Source: a virus
DNA: 64,000 nt
Reading direction: 5' to 3' (one strand)
Virus record (IMG/VR): IMGVR_UViG_3300042396_000723
Span: 32,185 to 96,184 of that record
Part shown: piece after piece, positions 26,576 to 36,908 of the stretch
Numbering within the stretch: position 1 is the first letter of the stretch
Layout of the letters: every line of letters starts with the position of its first letter
Position numbers and translations under genes: made by a program
The notes under the pieces: generated by a model
The model's database searches: none
What the model saw: the letters and a program-made list of their open reading frames with translations, nothing else
What the model was told of the DNA's origin: nothing

Positions 26576-27265
26576 TTATCTGATAATCGTTAACGTCGTA
26601 GTCTCTGGCAACTTCACCCACGGATAAACGATCCGCCAAACATCGTGACTATAAATATTTTTCGTCATGTACCGGGCGTCGGGAACTTGTTTAATCTCTA
26701 TCCCCATCTTAATACTCATCGCTTTGAGAGGTCGCCAACTGAAGTTAGACTCATGAACTTTATTGAACTTGGCAACCCTGATGATTGACGAATAATCAAA
26801 AAGTTCATCCAAAGCCTCGGACAGTTGATTGTTTTCTTCCTCAAGCAGTGCTTTCTCGGCCTCTAACTTTTCTACCTCTAACGCCAATCGTCCAGCCTCT
26901 AGCAAAGCCTGAGCATAGGTTTGTGGTAACGCAAGCGGGGTCTGAACGTGGTTATTCTTAGCAAGGGAGAAAGCCTCAACTAACCGTTCTTTGCAATCCA
27001 AAACCTGATCACTGTTTCGGGAAAACGTCATCAAAAGTGTTGCTTGTGCTTCATTCAAGAAACAGTAAGAGACTTCGTAAGCCCCACCCTGCGGGCGTCT
27101 CACCACGTCCGTTTTAAACGCGACTGGTGTTTTTCGTTCTAATCGGTCTAAATACTTTGTGATTGTTTGCAGTAAGTTCTTATGTTGAATCCCCAGTTCA
27201 TCAGCAATCAATCGGGAATCGACAACTAAGGTGTCATTCTGTGTGGTAATGTCAAGAATAGCCAT
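26576..27265 (-). CDS. phage regulatory protein, Rha-family N-domain with antirepressor-type C-domain
   Basis: N-terminus LVVDSRLIADELGIQHKNLLQTITKY resembles the Rha family; the C-terminal ~110 aa are about 60% identical to the C-terminus of ORF 49458-50186. Confidence 0.55.
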   Translation of the reverse strand: MAILDITTQNDTLVVDSRLIADELGIQHKNLLQTITKYLDRLERKTPVAFKTDVVRRPQGGAYEVSYCFLNEAQATLLMTFSRNSDQVLDCKERLVEAFSLAKNNHVQTPLALPQTYAQALLEAGRLALEVEKLEAEKALLEEENNQLSEALDELFDYSSIIRVAKFNKVHESNFSWRPLKAMSIKMGIEIKQVPDARYMTKNIYSHDVWRIVYPWVKLPETTTLTIIR

Positions 27266-27420
27266 TGTTTACTCCGTATAAGTAAGTTGTGGTTAGACCC
27301 GTTCAAAAGCCAAAAACTTTTGGCGGGTTGCCTATTTATATTATAATACAAACCCAATATCTTCACCAATAAAAATAACCCAACAATTAATAAATCATCG
27401 GGTGTGTTGTCCAATTTTAA

Positions 27421-27852
27421 TCAGTGTGCATTATTATTATAGCACCCTATTTCATCATCAACCATTGCTGAAACCAAAGGTTTTCTTTCTGGAAATAAAT
27501 CTTTAATTGACCTGACAGCATCAATATAAGACTTACCGAGGTATGTTCCATTCTCTCCAAAACTAACAGGGATATCAGAAACCGCCCACCACCCAGACCG
27601 ACCTCTGAACTCAATATACCAATAACCATAGTTGGTATTTTCTCCCGTTGTTTGGGATATTAAATTATTTAATTGTTCTGTTTTTGTTTGCATTCGCAAC
27701 ATCATTTCCTCTCTAATTTTCCCTTGAAGTTCCCAGATATCTTTTTTTATAATGTCGTTCATCTGATTAGCTAATCTCATCTTGTACCCTGAATCCGTAG
27801 TAGCATTCTCGTACTCGGTTATTAAATTTTTTAATGCTTCCGTATCCATCAT
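27421..27852 (-). CDS. hypothetical protein
   Basis: 143 aa ORF in an AT-rich stretch. Confidence 0.35.
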   Translation of the reverse strand: MMDTEALKNLITEYENATTDSGYKMRLANQMNDIIKKDIWELQGKIREEMMLRMQTKTEQLNNLISQTTGENTNYGYWYIEFRGRSGWWAVSDIPVSFGENGTYLGKSYIDAVRSIKDLFPERKPLVSAMVDDEIGCYNNNAH

Positions 27853-28088
27853 CCCACCTCAAAAGTAACAACATTCCACTTCAATTCTACCTGTAATTCT
27901 ACCTGTAATTTTACCTGTTCTGATATCCATTTATCCATACACGAATTAATAAAAACAGGATAATCATTACGAGATTGTAGCCATTGTTTAGGATACTTAA
28001 CTTTCAATTCCTTAATCGTGAAAGTTTCCTCGGATACGGTAACTTCACGATCCAATGCAATCAGTTTAATTTTAGTTGAATTATTCAT
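27849..28088 (-). CDS. hypothetical small protein
   Basis: 79 aa ORF; 4-nt overlap with the downstream gene. Confidence 0.3.
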   Translation of the reverse strand: MNNSTKIKLIALDREVTVSEETFTIKELKVKYPKQWLQSRNDYPVFINSCMDKWISEQVKLQVELQVELKWNVVTFEVG

Positions 28089-28160
28089 GATAAAAAGGGA
28101 CTGGGTTGTGTTGGTGTTGCATTAAATACAATCTAATGCCCTCCCGTGCAAGAGATTGTC

Positions 28161-28607
28161 TCAGGTTTGATTGCCGTCGTTAGTGTTTGAATTACTTGCA
28201 TTGGTAGATACCCCTTTTAGCTTCTTTATTATTGCAATAGCTTTTTGATGTTCTGAAGCTAAGTGTTGATATTTTTCTTGAATGTTTACTAATTGTTCAG
28301 AAAAATTAGAGTTAGTTTTCTCCTGTAGCGCGGCTATCTTTTCCCTGAGTTCGTTGTTTTCAACCTCAAGCCTGTTTAAATCATTCTCCCTATAATTAGC
28401 CTCCCTCTGAAGGCTTTTAATTTCACTTTGTAATTCAACTATAACCTTGATGTTTTTGGTATCAAAAATTCTATTGATAGCAATACCAATTACACTACTA
28501 CCACCCAACAGAACGGTAATCAAACCAAATACTGATTGAATCGTTTGGTCTGTAGTAGCTGTTGTTGTATTTGATTGGAGAATAACATGAAAAAAAGACA
28601 TCAACAT
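28161..28607 (-). CDS. membrane-anchored coiled-coil protein
   Basis: 148 aa; hydrophobic segment VFGLITVLLGGSSVIGIAI followed by a heptad-like region (LQREANYRENDLNRLEVENNELREKIAALQEK). Confidence 0.35.
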   Translation of the reverse strand: MLMSFFHVILQSNTTTATTDQTIQSVFGLITVLLGGSSVIGIAINRIFDTKNIKVIVELQSEIKSLQREANYRENDLNRLEVENNELREKIAALQEKTNSNFSEQLVNIQEKYQHLASEHQKAIAIIKKLKGVSTNASNSNTNDGNQT

Positions 28608-28624
28608 TTTGATTACGAGGGTAA

Positions 28625-29155
28625 TTAACTTTTGTAGGCATATTTAATTGATAACATAATCTCTGCAAGCATTGAAGAAAACACCCCGCAAGCTAAGGAA
28701 GATATACTGCCATTTTGCTTGATTCCTACAGACAAAAAGAAAACTACTATAAACAATACTGAAAGGATGTGGCAGATATTTAAAAGAATATAGCAAGCAG
28801 TCCAAACAGAGGAGCTAATTTCACTACTAAACTCTTTCTTGAACTTGTAGACGAAACACCAACAAATTATCCCGCCAATCCCCACCCCAAGGGTGATAGC
28901 GTTTAAAAAATCAATACTCTCATTTATCCATCTAATAGATGTTTCTAATGGGGTAAAAATCATTCCAAACAATCCGACCAGAATCATCACCAGGAAATGA
29001 TGATTAAAAAATAATGCCTGAACTATATATTTAATTCTAAAAACAGGGCGTGGCATATTGCAATATTTACCCCCTCTTTCTAAAATCGTAAGACTCACCC
29101 TCTTTTTTTCGCTCTTTGAGTTTTTTGCTACGTTCATAGTGATGCCCCAATACAA
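28625..29155 (-). CDS. multi-pass membrane protein
   Basis: 176 aa with at least four hydrophobic segments; very AT-rich coding sequence. Confidence 0.35.
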   Translation of the reverse strand: MYWGITMNVAKNSKSEKKRVSLTILERGGKYCNMPRPVFRIKYIVQALFFNHHFLVMILVGLFGMIFTPLETSIRWINESIDFLNAITLGVGIGGIICWCFVYKFKKEFSSEISSSVWTACYILLNICHILSVLFIVVFFLSVGIKQNGSISSLACGVFSSMLAEIMLSIKYAYKS

Positions 29156-29426
29156 GGAAAAGCGATAAAAAACTTATAATAATTTGAATTATTAAAGTTG
29201 ATATTTTCATATTATCAAACTTGTCATAACCTATCTTGTTAAAGCTGTCAAACAATAACATCAATCCGTTATTTATCAACAGAGTAGATGACAAGTATTG
29301 ATTCAACTTTCGGTTATCAAATATCAAGGAAAATCCATTAATAATAGAAATCAGTCCGGCAAAGAAAAGCAAGAAGGCATAACCGGACTGGTTGAAAGGG
29401 AGCGAAAAAATTGATATTGATATCAT
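29067..29426 (-). CDS. membrane protein
   Basis: 119 aa with hydrophobic segments; 3' end overlaps ORF 28625-29155, so gene boundaries are uncertain. Confidence 0.3.
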   Translation of the reverse strand: MISISIFSLPFNQSGYAFLLFFAGLISIINGFSLIFDNRKLNQYLSSTLLINNGLMLLFDSFNKIGYDKFDNMKISTLIIQIIISFLSLFLVLGHHYERSKKLKERKKEGESYDFRKRG

Positions 29427-29746
29427 TCTATTGGTGTTAATGGGTTGTTTTTTGACGCTTCAATTGCTGCTTTTCTGGTGGCTATTATTCCCATTGCCTC
29501 TGTAACCAGTGCAATTTTTATCCACTCCATCTTTTCGGAAAATCCTGGATATTTAGTCTCTAATTCATTGGGTGTTCCCAAATTCAAAATACCTTCACCT
29601 GGACTTGTCCCCAAAACTTCTCCAGTCTCAAGATTGACAATCGAATATTGGTGGCACAGTTCAATTACAACATCCAATAAAATCCCACTCACAGGAATCT
29701 GTTGGCTTTGTAATACAAAAAAATGGTCTTTTTTCTCAATAGTCAT
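29423..29746 (-). CDS. hypothetical protein
   Basis: 107 aa ORF directly downstream of the tail-fiber-like gene. Confidence 0.3.
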   Translation of the reverse strand: MTIEKKDHFFVLQSQQIPVSGILLDVVIELCHQYSIVNLETGEVLGTSPGEGILNLGTPNELETKYPGFSEKMEWIKIALVTEAMGIIATRKAAIEASKNNPLTPIE

Positions 29747-29750
29747 GATT

Positions 29751-31874
29751 TTATGCCGTGTAAATTATTGTTATTTTAACTGGTTTTGATAAAATATTTT
29801 CGCTATTTGTTGGATGATTTATTATTTGTATGTCCGCCACTGACACGGACACGGAAAAATGAAGACCAACAAACTGTGTATCATATCCAGACAATACAAA
29901 CGCGTTTGCGCTGAATTCCACTAATACTGTGACGGATACAATTTTTGAAACCGTAACTCCATGAGCTATTAATGCAACCCCCCCTTCAGTTGCAGCCGTA
30001 GTCCCCGTCAAAACTTTAATCTTAATCCCTGGATGATTAGCGTCCCCACCTAAAGAACTGAAACCACCAACATATTGATTTCCTCCAATCCCCTGTCCCC
30101 CAGGAATTACACTAGCTCCCGTGGTGGGAGATGTTGAAGGTGTTGTGGAATTAGTTGATATCACACCTCTTAGGTAGGTATTGGTGATACTTGAATCACC
30201 AATTGTTACGGTGTTTGAGCCGTTACCGGTGGCGTTAAAACAAAATACGTTTTCGTTGGTTGCGTTCTGGGTTCCTTTTGTATTTGCGCCAAAAAAACAA
30301 GAGTTATTTGAGATAGTTAGACCTGTAACGCCGTCAGAAGTGAAGCGTCCTGCACCAACTCCAAAACCTGCCAAATTACTCCCTGTTATATTGCTGAAAA
30401 GCGCACCAACTCCAGAGGCAGTTAAATTATTCCCTGTAGTGTTATTTTCTAAAGCCCCAACGCCAAAAGCAGACGAATTATTCCCTGTAGTATTAGAACG
30501 AAGCGCATTAAGTCCAGCGGCAGTTAAACTACTCCCTGTAATATTGGACAAAAGCGCACTAACTCCAACTGCCGTTGAATAATTCCCTGTGGTGTTATTT
30601 TGTAAAGCCCCAGTTCCAAAACCTGCCAGGCCAATACCTGTGGTATTGGCCTGGAGCACACTAACTCCTGTTATTGTATTTGTGTCTAAACTCCCCCCTC
30701 CTCTCCCAATAGGAATCAAATTATAAGAATTGGCACTAACAGTACCAGCAAAAATAGCACCCGTAACCCCTAAACTAGCGACCCTTAAAGCCCCTGTAGT
30801 TGTTGATGTTGATTGGGTTGATAGGGGAATATGAAATCTCGAACTATCAACAGAGAAATAAGTAGTCGCACCATCTCCCCAGGATTGAATCCCTGTCGAT
30901 ATATCTCTCTCCCACCACGTTCTAGTGGTACTCAGGGGAATGTTAAAGGAAGCATCAACAGCTATCCCGTTATGAAAACTGGTTGTATTCCAGTCTACAC
31001 CATTAGCTTTCCGACAAAGCCAAGTTCTTTCTGTTATTATGTTTCCTGATGCCCCTGTTTTTGAAGATAAAACTTGAAAATCTCCAGATGTACTACCGAG
31101 AGGAGACCCTTGATATAGACTAACTCCTGCACCTAAAGAACCTATTATGTTTCCGTTTACTGCTAGATTCCCCGTGATAGTCCCACCCGCCAATGAAAGA
31201 TAGGAATTAATATCAATTGAATAAGTCCCATCCCCTGTTTTCTTTAGGAATCCTGGGGTGTCGGATAGCGATTGAATAGCAATTAATTCGTTGCCGATAC
31301 TGTTAGTTGAAACCGCAGTTACTTGACCCTTAGCATTGACAGTAATAGCAGGAATTGAACTAGCACTACCGAAAGAACCAGCATTACTATTGACCGTTGC
31401 CAGTGTTATCGCACTTGTAACATTGGCTGAACCATCAAAAGATACTGAATAACTAGCATCCCCCGTTGTTGTAATTGTCCGTGGCGTGGTTAGTTTTAAA
31501 GCCTCTCCCGCAGTAGCAGAACTCGATATCTCAACATAAACAGAACCCGACCATCGGTAAACTTTATTAGTCGTTTCATCAACGTAAATCTTTCCAGTTT
31601 CACCCGTACCTGGGAACCCGGCAAGGTTTGTATAACTCAGGACATCATCAACATAAGACGGTAAAAGCCCAGATGAAATTGTGCCAGACGCGGCGTTTAA
31701 ACTTGTTAAAACTTCGTTACCAGTAGACGCGATCGCACCAACATCAGACGCGGTTAAACTAATCTGAGCTTTAGGAACCTTGGTATTTGAATCCAAGGTA
31801 GCCACACCATTAGCCATTGCTTTCTCTAATTGCAAAACAATCAAAGAATAATCAATATCCGAAAACATTCCCAT
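29751..31874 (-). CDS. tail fiber / receptor-binding protein candidate with tandem Gly/Thr/Asn-rich repeats
   Basis: 707 aa, extremely rich in G/S/T/N/A; contains successive ~19-aa repeats (NTTGNxxTAxGVGALxSNxTGS); typical of phage fibre/spike proteins. Confidence 0.5.
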   Translation of the reverse strand: MGMFSDIDYSLIVLQLEKAMANGVATLDSNTKVPKAQISLTASDVGAIASTGNEVLTSLNAASGTISSGLLPSYVDDVLSYTNLAGFPGTGETGKIYVDETTNKVYRWSGSVYVEISSSATAGEALKLTTPRTITTTGDASYSVSFDGSANVTSAITLATVNSNAGSFGSASSIPAITVNAKGQVTAVSTNSIGNELIAIQSLSDTPGFLKKTGDGTYSIDINSYLSLAGGTITGNLAVNGNIIGSLGAGVSLYQGSPLGSTSGDFQVLSSKTGASGNIITERTWLCRKANGVDWNTTSFHNGIAVDASFNIPLSTTRTWWERDISTGIQSWGDGATTYFSVDSSRFHIPLSTQSTSTTTGALRVASLGVTGAIFAGTVSANSYNLIPIGRGGGSLDTNTITGVSVLQANTTGIGLAGFGTGALQNNTTGNYSTAVGVSALLSNITGSSLTAAGLNALRSNTTGNNSSAFGVGALENNTTGNNLTASGVGALFSNITGSNLAGFGVGAGRFTSDGVTGLTISNNSCFFGANTKGTQNATNENVFCFNATGNGSNTVTIGDSSITNTYLRGVISTNSTTPSTSPTTGASVIPGGQGIGGNQYVGGFSSLGGDANHPGIKIKVLTGTTAATEGGVALIAHGVTVSKIVSVTVLVEFSANAFVLSGYDTQFVGLHFSVSVSVADIQIINHPTNSENILSKPVKITIIYTA
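30300..30660. repeat. in-frame ~57-bp tandem repeats inside the tail-fiber-like gene
   Basis: At least five consecutive degenerate ~57-bp units (e.g. ...GCACCAACTCCAGAGGCAGTTAAATTATTCCCTGTAGTG...) visible on both strands. Confidence 0.5.
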
Positions 31875-31875
31875 G

Positions 31876-32310
31876 TTAATATCCTCTTACTAATCGAACT
31901 GATTTACCACTAGGAATTACCAACTCAATAGCGGGGTATAGAACATTATTAATGGCCTCAAAGTTTAGATTTTCACCGGATGAAAATGTTAATCCATTAA
32001 TAGTTACATCCCCTACGAGTACCTTTAAATAAATGAAATAACTACCAGTTGCAATTGTTGTATTTGTTGTTAGCAATCTACAATCTAACTCGGCGGTTAT
32101 TGTTGGTAAAGAGACTGGGACTCTACCACTTGATAAAGATGGAAGTTTGGCGTTGATCGCACCAAGTGTTGCTTCCGCAGATCCCCCGTCGTTTGAGATA
32201 GCACGATAAATCTCCCAGTAGGGAAGTGTCTGTGCCGGGTTCTCCAGGGCTTCTATTTGCTCTTTAATTAAAGCAGCCGCCTCCGTTTGCTGTGTACTAA
32301 TATCAGGCAT
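31876..32310 (-). CDS. hypothetical protein (tail module)
   Basis: 144 aa ORF between two large structural-type genes. Confidence 0.35.
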   Translation of the reverse strand: MPDISTQQTEAAALIKEQIEALENPAQTLPYWEIYRAISNDGGSAEATLGAINAKLPSLSSGRVPVSLPTITAELDCRLLTTNTTIATGSYFIYLKVLVGDVTINGLTFSSGENLNFEAINNVLYPAIELVIPSGKSVRLVRGY

Positions 32311-32415
32311 CTTTCAAAAATAGAAGGATTTATAATTAATTTTAACCCCTCTTTTATTGATTGCATTTTTAATTTAAGAAAATTCACCCTAGGACTAAAA
32401 GCATAATTTTTAAAA

Positions 32416-34143
32416 TTATCCCAAGACTAAGGCATATTTTTTAGCCGAGTTTTCAATAAAACTCAAAATATCAGAATCCATCTCTAAAATCCCTTGGTGA
32501 GAAATGGCTGTCACAGTGTTTGTGTAGTAATATGCGACTGTGATCAAATAATTCCCACTAGCGAAGCCTGAAGCCCCATTGACGGCAGCTACAGAGTTAA
32601 TTACAGGGCTGTACAATCCCAGTTCCGAATCAGGAACAGTAGTTGCCTCTCCTCCTGATCCAGTTAAGACAATAGTTTGAGTTGCTTCGCCTAGCTGCAC
32701 TGGAGTGCTAAACTTATTTCCCCCTATCCAGATCCATATATCTGTTGCATTGAAATTCCCTTTTGAATTTCCTGCAATAACATCAAGATAGTCGGATCTG
32801 ATATTTGTGGGATGCGTTAGTTTAATCTCTAATTGTTTTGAAGGGCTTAACGTTACACTCCCTGCCACAATTGCTTTTCCACAACCATTTAATGTCCCGA
32901 CTTTAGCCCTCAATACTTGACCTGTTCCTAACCCCGAAACTGCTAAACAAGTCCCATTCCCGTTAATGGCAACGATCTGATTGGCAGTGTTGGCAACTAA
33001 ACCAAATACCCCACGCTCTCCTGCTCCAATAAATGATCGCCCATTGACAATTCCCGATCCCGATAAGGCGATCGCGCTTAAACCCGTATCAGGGACAATT
33101 CGACGTAGATCCAACCCCGCACTAATTAAATTGCCAATGATTGCAGCCACACCCGAATAATAGCCAACACGCTCCCCGATTGATAGACTGACTTCTATCT
33201 GAGCATTCTCGGCTACCCTCCCCCCTAAACTTGCCACGTCAACCTGAATCTCCACAGCAACTAGATAGGCATATCCCGATAGCAAATCTTTTTCTAAAAT
33301 TAATCCCGAATTGTTGTTGGTATAAGTAATTCTTTGATTAATTCCCGTCATCTCCCCACCTCCAGAGGCGGAGGTATCCAGAGATCCATCGGTCAAGTTG
33401 ACGTATCCTAAAAATGTCAAATTGACCGCACCCGCACCAAAAAACAGATCAGTTAAGTCTGTATCCCCCCACGATATCCCTACTGATATGGATCTCCCCG
33501 CAAAATAGGGAGATGTCGTTTCGTTTCTTAGCCAAAATTTGACGGGCTCGGAATAACTTCTGTCAACTGCATAATCGGGACGGATAATAATTTCTTTTTG
33601 CTCATCTGTGAACTCAGAAAGCAACCTATCACAGCCGTTTACCGAACGAGTTGATGTAACTAAGGTTTGGAATTCTTGGGGATAAACCCTCAGCCACTGA
33701 CTGTCTTGCCATTCTCTGATTTCTCCCCATTCGTCAACGTAAACCCGCATCCCGTCGATTTTATTAACAGGGATTTGAGAGGTATTCGCTACGCTTTTTT
33801 GGGTAACGAAGTATTCATTTTTGTTAAGTGTTAGCGTCCCAGGTAAAGTATCTGAAGCTGAGTAAGTGGCTATAACATAAGCAGCTAAATAGGTATTTGT
33901 CGGGGAGAATGACAGCACATAGGAGACTGGATCATACCCCTCACAGTTACAGTTAGGCACAATTACAGTCACACCTTGACCCGTTGTTAAATTGATGGCG
34001 GTTGGAGGGGAATACAGGTTAAATCCTTGGCGGTTCCGCATCTGCCAATACAACGAACCCGAAACCGGAGTTGTTAAACTTCCCGAAATTACTGAGACAA
34101 CCGGAGCAGGAATTTGAGAGGGAATACCAGCGTAAGTCAGCAT
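32416..34143 (-). CDS. tail structural protein candidate
   Basis: 575 aa, rich in G/S/T/N/A; lies in a block of large structural-type genes. Confidence 0.4.
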   Translation of the reverse strand: MLTYAGIPSQIPAPVVSVISGSLTTPVSGSLYWQMRNRQGFNLYSPPTAINLTTGQGVTVIVPNCNCEGYDPVSYVLSFSPTNTYLAAYVIATYSASDTLPGTLTLNKNEYFVTQKSVANTSQIPVNKIDGMRVYVDEWGEIREWQDSQWLRVYPQEFQTLVTSTRSVNGCDRLLSEFTDEQKEIIIRPDYAVDRSYSEPVKFWLRNETTSPYFAGRSISVGISWGDTDLTDLFFGAGAVNLTFLGYVNLTDGSLDTSASGGGEMTGINQRITYTNNNSGLILEKDLLSGYAYLVAVEIQVDVASLGGRVAENAQIEVSLSIGERVGYYSGVAAIIGNLISAGLDLRRIVPDTGLSAIALSGSGIVNGRSFIGAGERGVFGLVANTANQIVAINGNGTCLAVSGLGTGQVLRAKVGTLNGCGKAIVAGSVTLSPSKQLEIKLTHPTNIRSDYLDVIAGNSKGNFNATDIWIWIGGNKFSTPVQLGEATQTIVLTGSGGEATTVPDSELGLYSPVINSVAAVNGASGFASGNYLITVAYYYTNTVTAISHQGILEMDSDILSFIENSAKKYALVLG

Positions 34144-34169
34144 ATTTTATTGTTTACCCTTGTACTCAT

Positions 34170-34376
34170 TTATCCTTGAATTACTTGCCATTTACCATTG
34201 TGTTTAAAGGCGATCGCATTCCCTGTAACCACACCTTTAGCTACAAAACTTTTACCCATCCCAGAGAATACAGATCCACTATTCCCCAGAGGGTAAGCCT
34301 TGCCAATTAACACTGATTTGTTAAGAGCGTTTAATCGACTTAAAGCCTGAGATGCGATTTGATTTACCGTCGCCAT
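34170..34376 (-). CDS. hypothetical small protein
   Basis: 68 aa ORF between two large structural genes. Confidence 0.25.
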   Translation of the reverse strand: MATVNQIASQALSRLNALNKSVLIGKAYPLGNSGSVFSGMGKSFVAKGVVTGNAIAFKHNGKWQVIQG

Positions 34377-34537
34377 GCTACTGATTCCCTTAACGTTCTG
34401 GTTCGGTTTGTTGCTCTTACAGTTTTCCCTCCATATCTGCCCGTGATGGAACTTCCTGAAATATTCCAGGTTGGCTGTCCACTGCTTAATATTCTTAAAA
34501 GTTTGGCTGCTAATTCTCTTTCTTTTGGGGACGACAT

Positions 34538-36904
34538 TTAATTCCTCCGACCGGGGACAGTTGAGGGTAAAACCCCTCCTAAAGTAATTATAGTGGCATT
34601 ATTGTCTACCTTTGGATCTTCCCCTTGGTTATTGTCCGAACCTTCGTTAGATGGAACGATATCTTCTATTGTTTCAATACGAATAGATCGACTGTCCGAC
34701 AATCCTAGTGTTAGCTTTGTGCCGTCCGTTTTACAGATTGGATCTAATCCGTAGGCATTCTGACTTCCATCATATTCAAGGGTATAAGAAGCCGACAAGA
34801 CTCTAAATCTTCCCTGAAACCTGTTTCCACTAAAAGTGCAAAAATCCCCGCCTTCAATATTTGGGAAGTGCCAGCTAACCGTTCGGGTTTCTTGGGTGCT
34901 TTGAAGGGTGTTAATTGTAAGTTGAGTTTCGGCTGCTTTTTTTGCTTGCTCAAGGGTAGAAGCAGCCCCAAAACTTAGACTCTCTCCCCCCTCTGTTGCC
35001 CATTCAGGGATTGAATCAGAGTAGACAAAGTAGCGTTTTCCGACACCTTCTTTTGTCGTTACAACACTTTTTGTATAGGTTTTTTTGGGTTGCTGTTGCT
35101 CCCATGTTGTTTTCCTGTATTGAGCTTCTGGGGGTCTACCCTGAATCTCCCGATATCGAACATTCTCAACCCCATCAACAAACCCTGCTCCCGATGCGGT
35201 TAACTCCACTATTTTCTCGGTTGAATATTCGTCGTTCTTTTTAGTCCAAATTGATTGATAGTAACTTTCCTCTCCTGTAACAAGTGCTGGCAGAGGATCT
35301 TCGCTGGTTGAGTCGGGGTGAGCCATTGTTGCGATAGACGAGGCTTGGCGAGATTCTGTCCAAACCAGCATCGGCTCCACAAAATCCATGTCAGCAGTAA
35401 GCAAGCCCACTTTCAACCTTCGATTAAAGCCCTCTTTTGGGGGTGTAACCTTTGTGAACATCTTTCGCTGCATTTCCTCATCCATTTCATCCCAAAAAAC
35501 CCACTCAATGCTGTAAGGGACTGTATCCTGTCCATAGTCTGCGCGCATTGATTTGATGTAAAAGCTGGTTACATCTTGCCTGTTTATCTTTTTAAAGGTA
35601 ACCACTGGAGCCCAAGGCCCTATGAGATTCCCGTTGTTATCTACCTCCATCTGACTTGTATCAGTATCCCCTCCTGGTTCTTCCTGTTGAAATCGGCTTA
35701 ATTTCCATCCAGACGTGACAATACTTGTCAAGTATTTAGCATTTGAAACCTTAGATTGAAGCCCCTTCAATGAATCACCACGTCCTAAATATTCTTCATA
35801 ATCTGGATGCACAGTTAACTGATATTCTATTTCTTTTGTGTTCTTAGGTGTAGTAAGTGTGTAAGTCGGTGGTTCTACTGCCTGATAATAATAGCGAGTT
35901 TCTTGAAATTCGATTAATTTCCAGAAGTTTACTGGATCGAGAATCATTAATCCATCGGGCGTTTCAATAAAGTCTTTTAAATAATAAGCAAATCCCCAGG
36001 TTTCAATAACCTCTCTGTCTGTTTGCCCGTCAATTGAGTAGGTTGTTCTCCTGACTTTCTTTGGGCCGGATTGGTCTAAGTTGCTATCTAAACTCCTTAA
36101 AATAGCTGTTCCTTTTGGTGGGTTTGTTACATCTTGGTCGTATTCATATTCGGTTTTAAGTTCAGGTTCTTTTTCCTCGAATTCGGGAGGTGAATTTGGG
36201 TCAACTTGCTCTTTATTACTTTCCCTTGGAGTCCATGTCAACGCGGCTCCATTGTAATAGGGTGCGACACCTAACTGGTTAGATCCGTCCGCTATTTGTT
36301 CTCCCCAACTAAAACTATAAGAAGAGCCAGAATTGATATTCTTCAATGCGACAAACTGCCCATAATGGACGTAACAGCCCTCTACTAAGGCATATTCCTC
36401 CAATACATCATCCAGGGAAATCATAGAGTCTTCGCCAACTTCATCAATGAAGATGTCAAACCCACCAGACAAATTGACACCCGCCTTGGATGCCAACCGA
36501 CTCGCCGATAATGTCCCCGTGGCAATATTAACCAAAGGCTTGATTTTCACCGACCGTGAACAATAAACCTTCCACCATCCTTCTAGGTTGATTGAGACAG
36601 TATAAACATTTATTTTTTTGGTTCCTTTATATAAATATCCAGTTCTTTCGTAGCTATAACCGCCATCGGGAGCAACTCTAAATGGAATCCCGTCTATGGT
36701 GATTCTTGTATTCCTTGAAGGATTATAAACCTGCTCGTAACTGCTAATATCTTCTTCTGTAATCCCTTCATAGGTAATTGAGGCACTGGGATGATCTTGG
36801 AAGTTCTTTGTAACAGTTAATGATCCCAGTTTTATCGGAACTGGAAGGCTAGGGGGATTTTTGACAATATTACTTTTAAATAATGGACGGGAAACAATAG
36901 GCAT
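34538..36904 (-). CDS. large virion structural protein candidate (tail or baseplate)
   Basis: 788 aa ORF with uniform coding character; positional inference only. Confidence 0.4.
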   Translation of the reverse strand: MPIVSRPLFKSNIVKNPPSLPVPIKLGSLTVTKNFQDHPSASITYEGITEEDISSYEQVYNPSRNTRITIDGIPFRVAPDGGYSYERTGYLYKGTKKINVYTVSINLEGWWKVYCSRSVKIKPLVNIATGTLSASRLASKAGVNLSGGFDIFIDEVGEDSMISLDDVLEEYALVEGCYVHYGQFVALKNINSGSSYSFSWGEQIADGSNQLGVAPYYNGAALTWTPRESNKEQVDPNSPPEFEEKEPELKTEYEYDQDVTNPPKGTAILRSLDSNLDQSGPKKVRRTTYSIDGQTDREVIETWGFAYYLKDFIETPDGLMILDPVNFWKLIEFQETRYYYQAVEPPTYTLTTPKNTKEIEYQLTVHPDYEEYLGRGDSLKGLQSKVSNAKYLTSIVTSGWKLSRFQQEEPGGDTDTSQMEVDNNGNLIGPWAPVVTFKKINRQDVTSFYIKSMRADYGQDTVPYSIEWVFWDEMDEEMQRKMFTKVTPPKEGFNRRLKVGLLTADMDFVEPMLVWTESRQASSIATMAHPDSTSEDPLPALVTGEESYYQSIWTKKNDEYSTEKIVELTASGAGFVDGVENVRYREIQGRPPEAQYRKTTWEQQQPKKTYTKSVVTTKEGVGKRYFVYSDSIPEWATEGGESLSFGAASTLEQAKKAAETQLTINTLQSTQETRTVSWHFPNIEGGDFCTFSGNRFQGRFRVLSASYTLEYDGSQNAYGLDPICKTDGTKLTLGLSDSRSIRIETIEDIVPSNEGSDNNQGEDPKVDNNATIITLGGVLPSTVPGRRN

Positions 36905-36908
36905 AATA

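Noticed and set aside
30181-30582. Plus-strand 133-aa ORF with proline-rich repeats (PTPKPAKLLPVILLKSAPTPEAVKLFPVVLF...)
   Set aside because: It lies entirely antisense to the repeat region of the tail-fibre-like gene; its periodicity mirrors the sense-strand repeats, so it is a shadow ORF.
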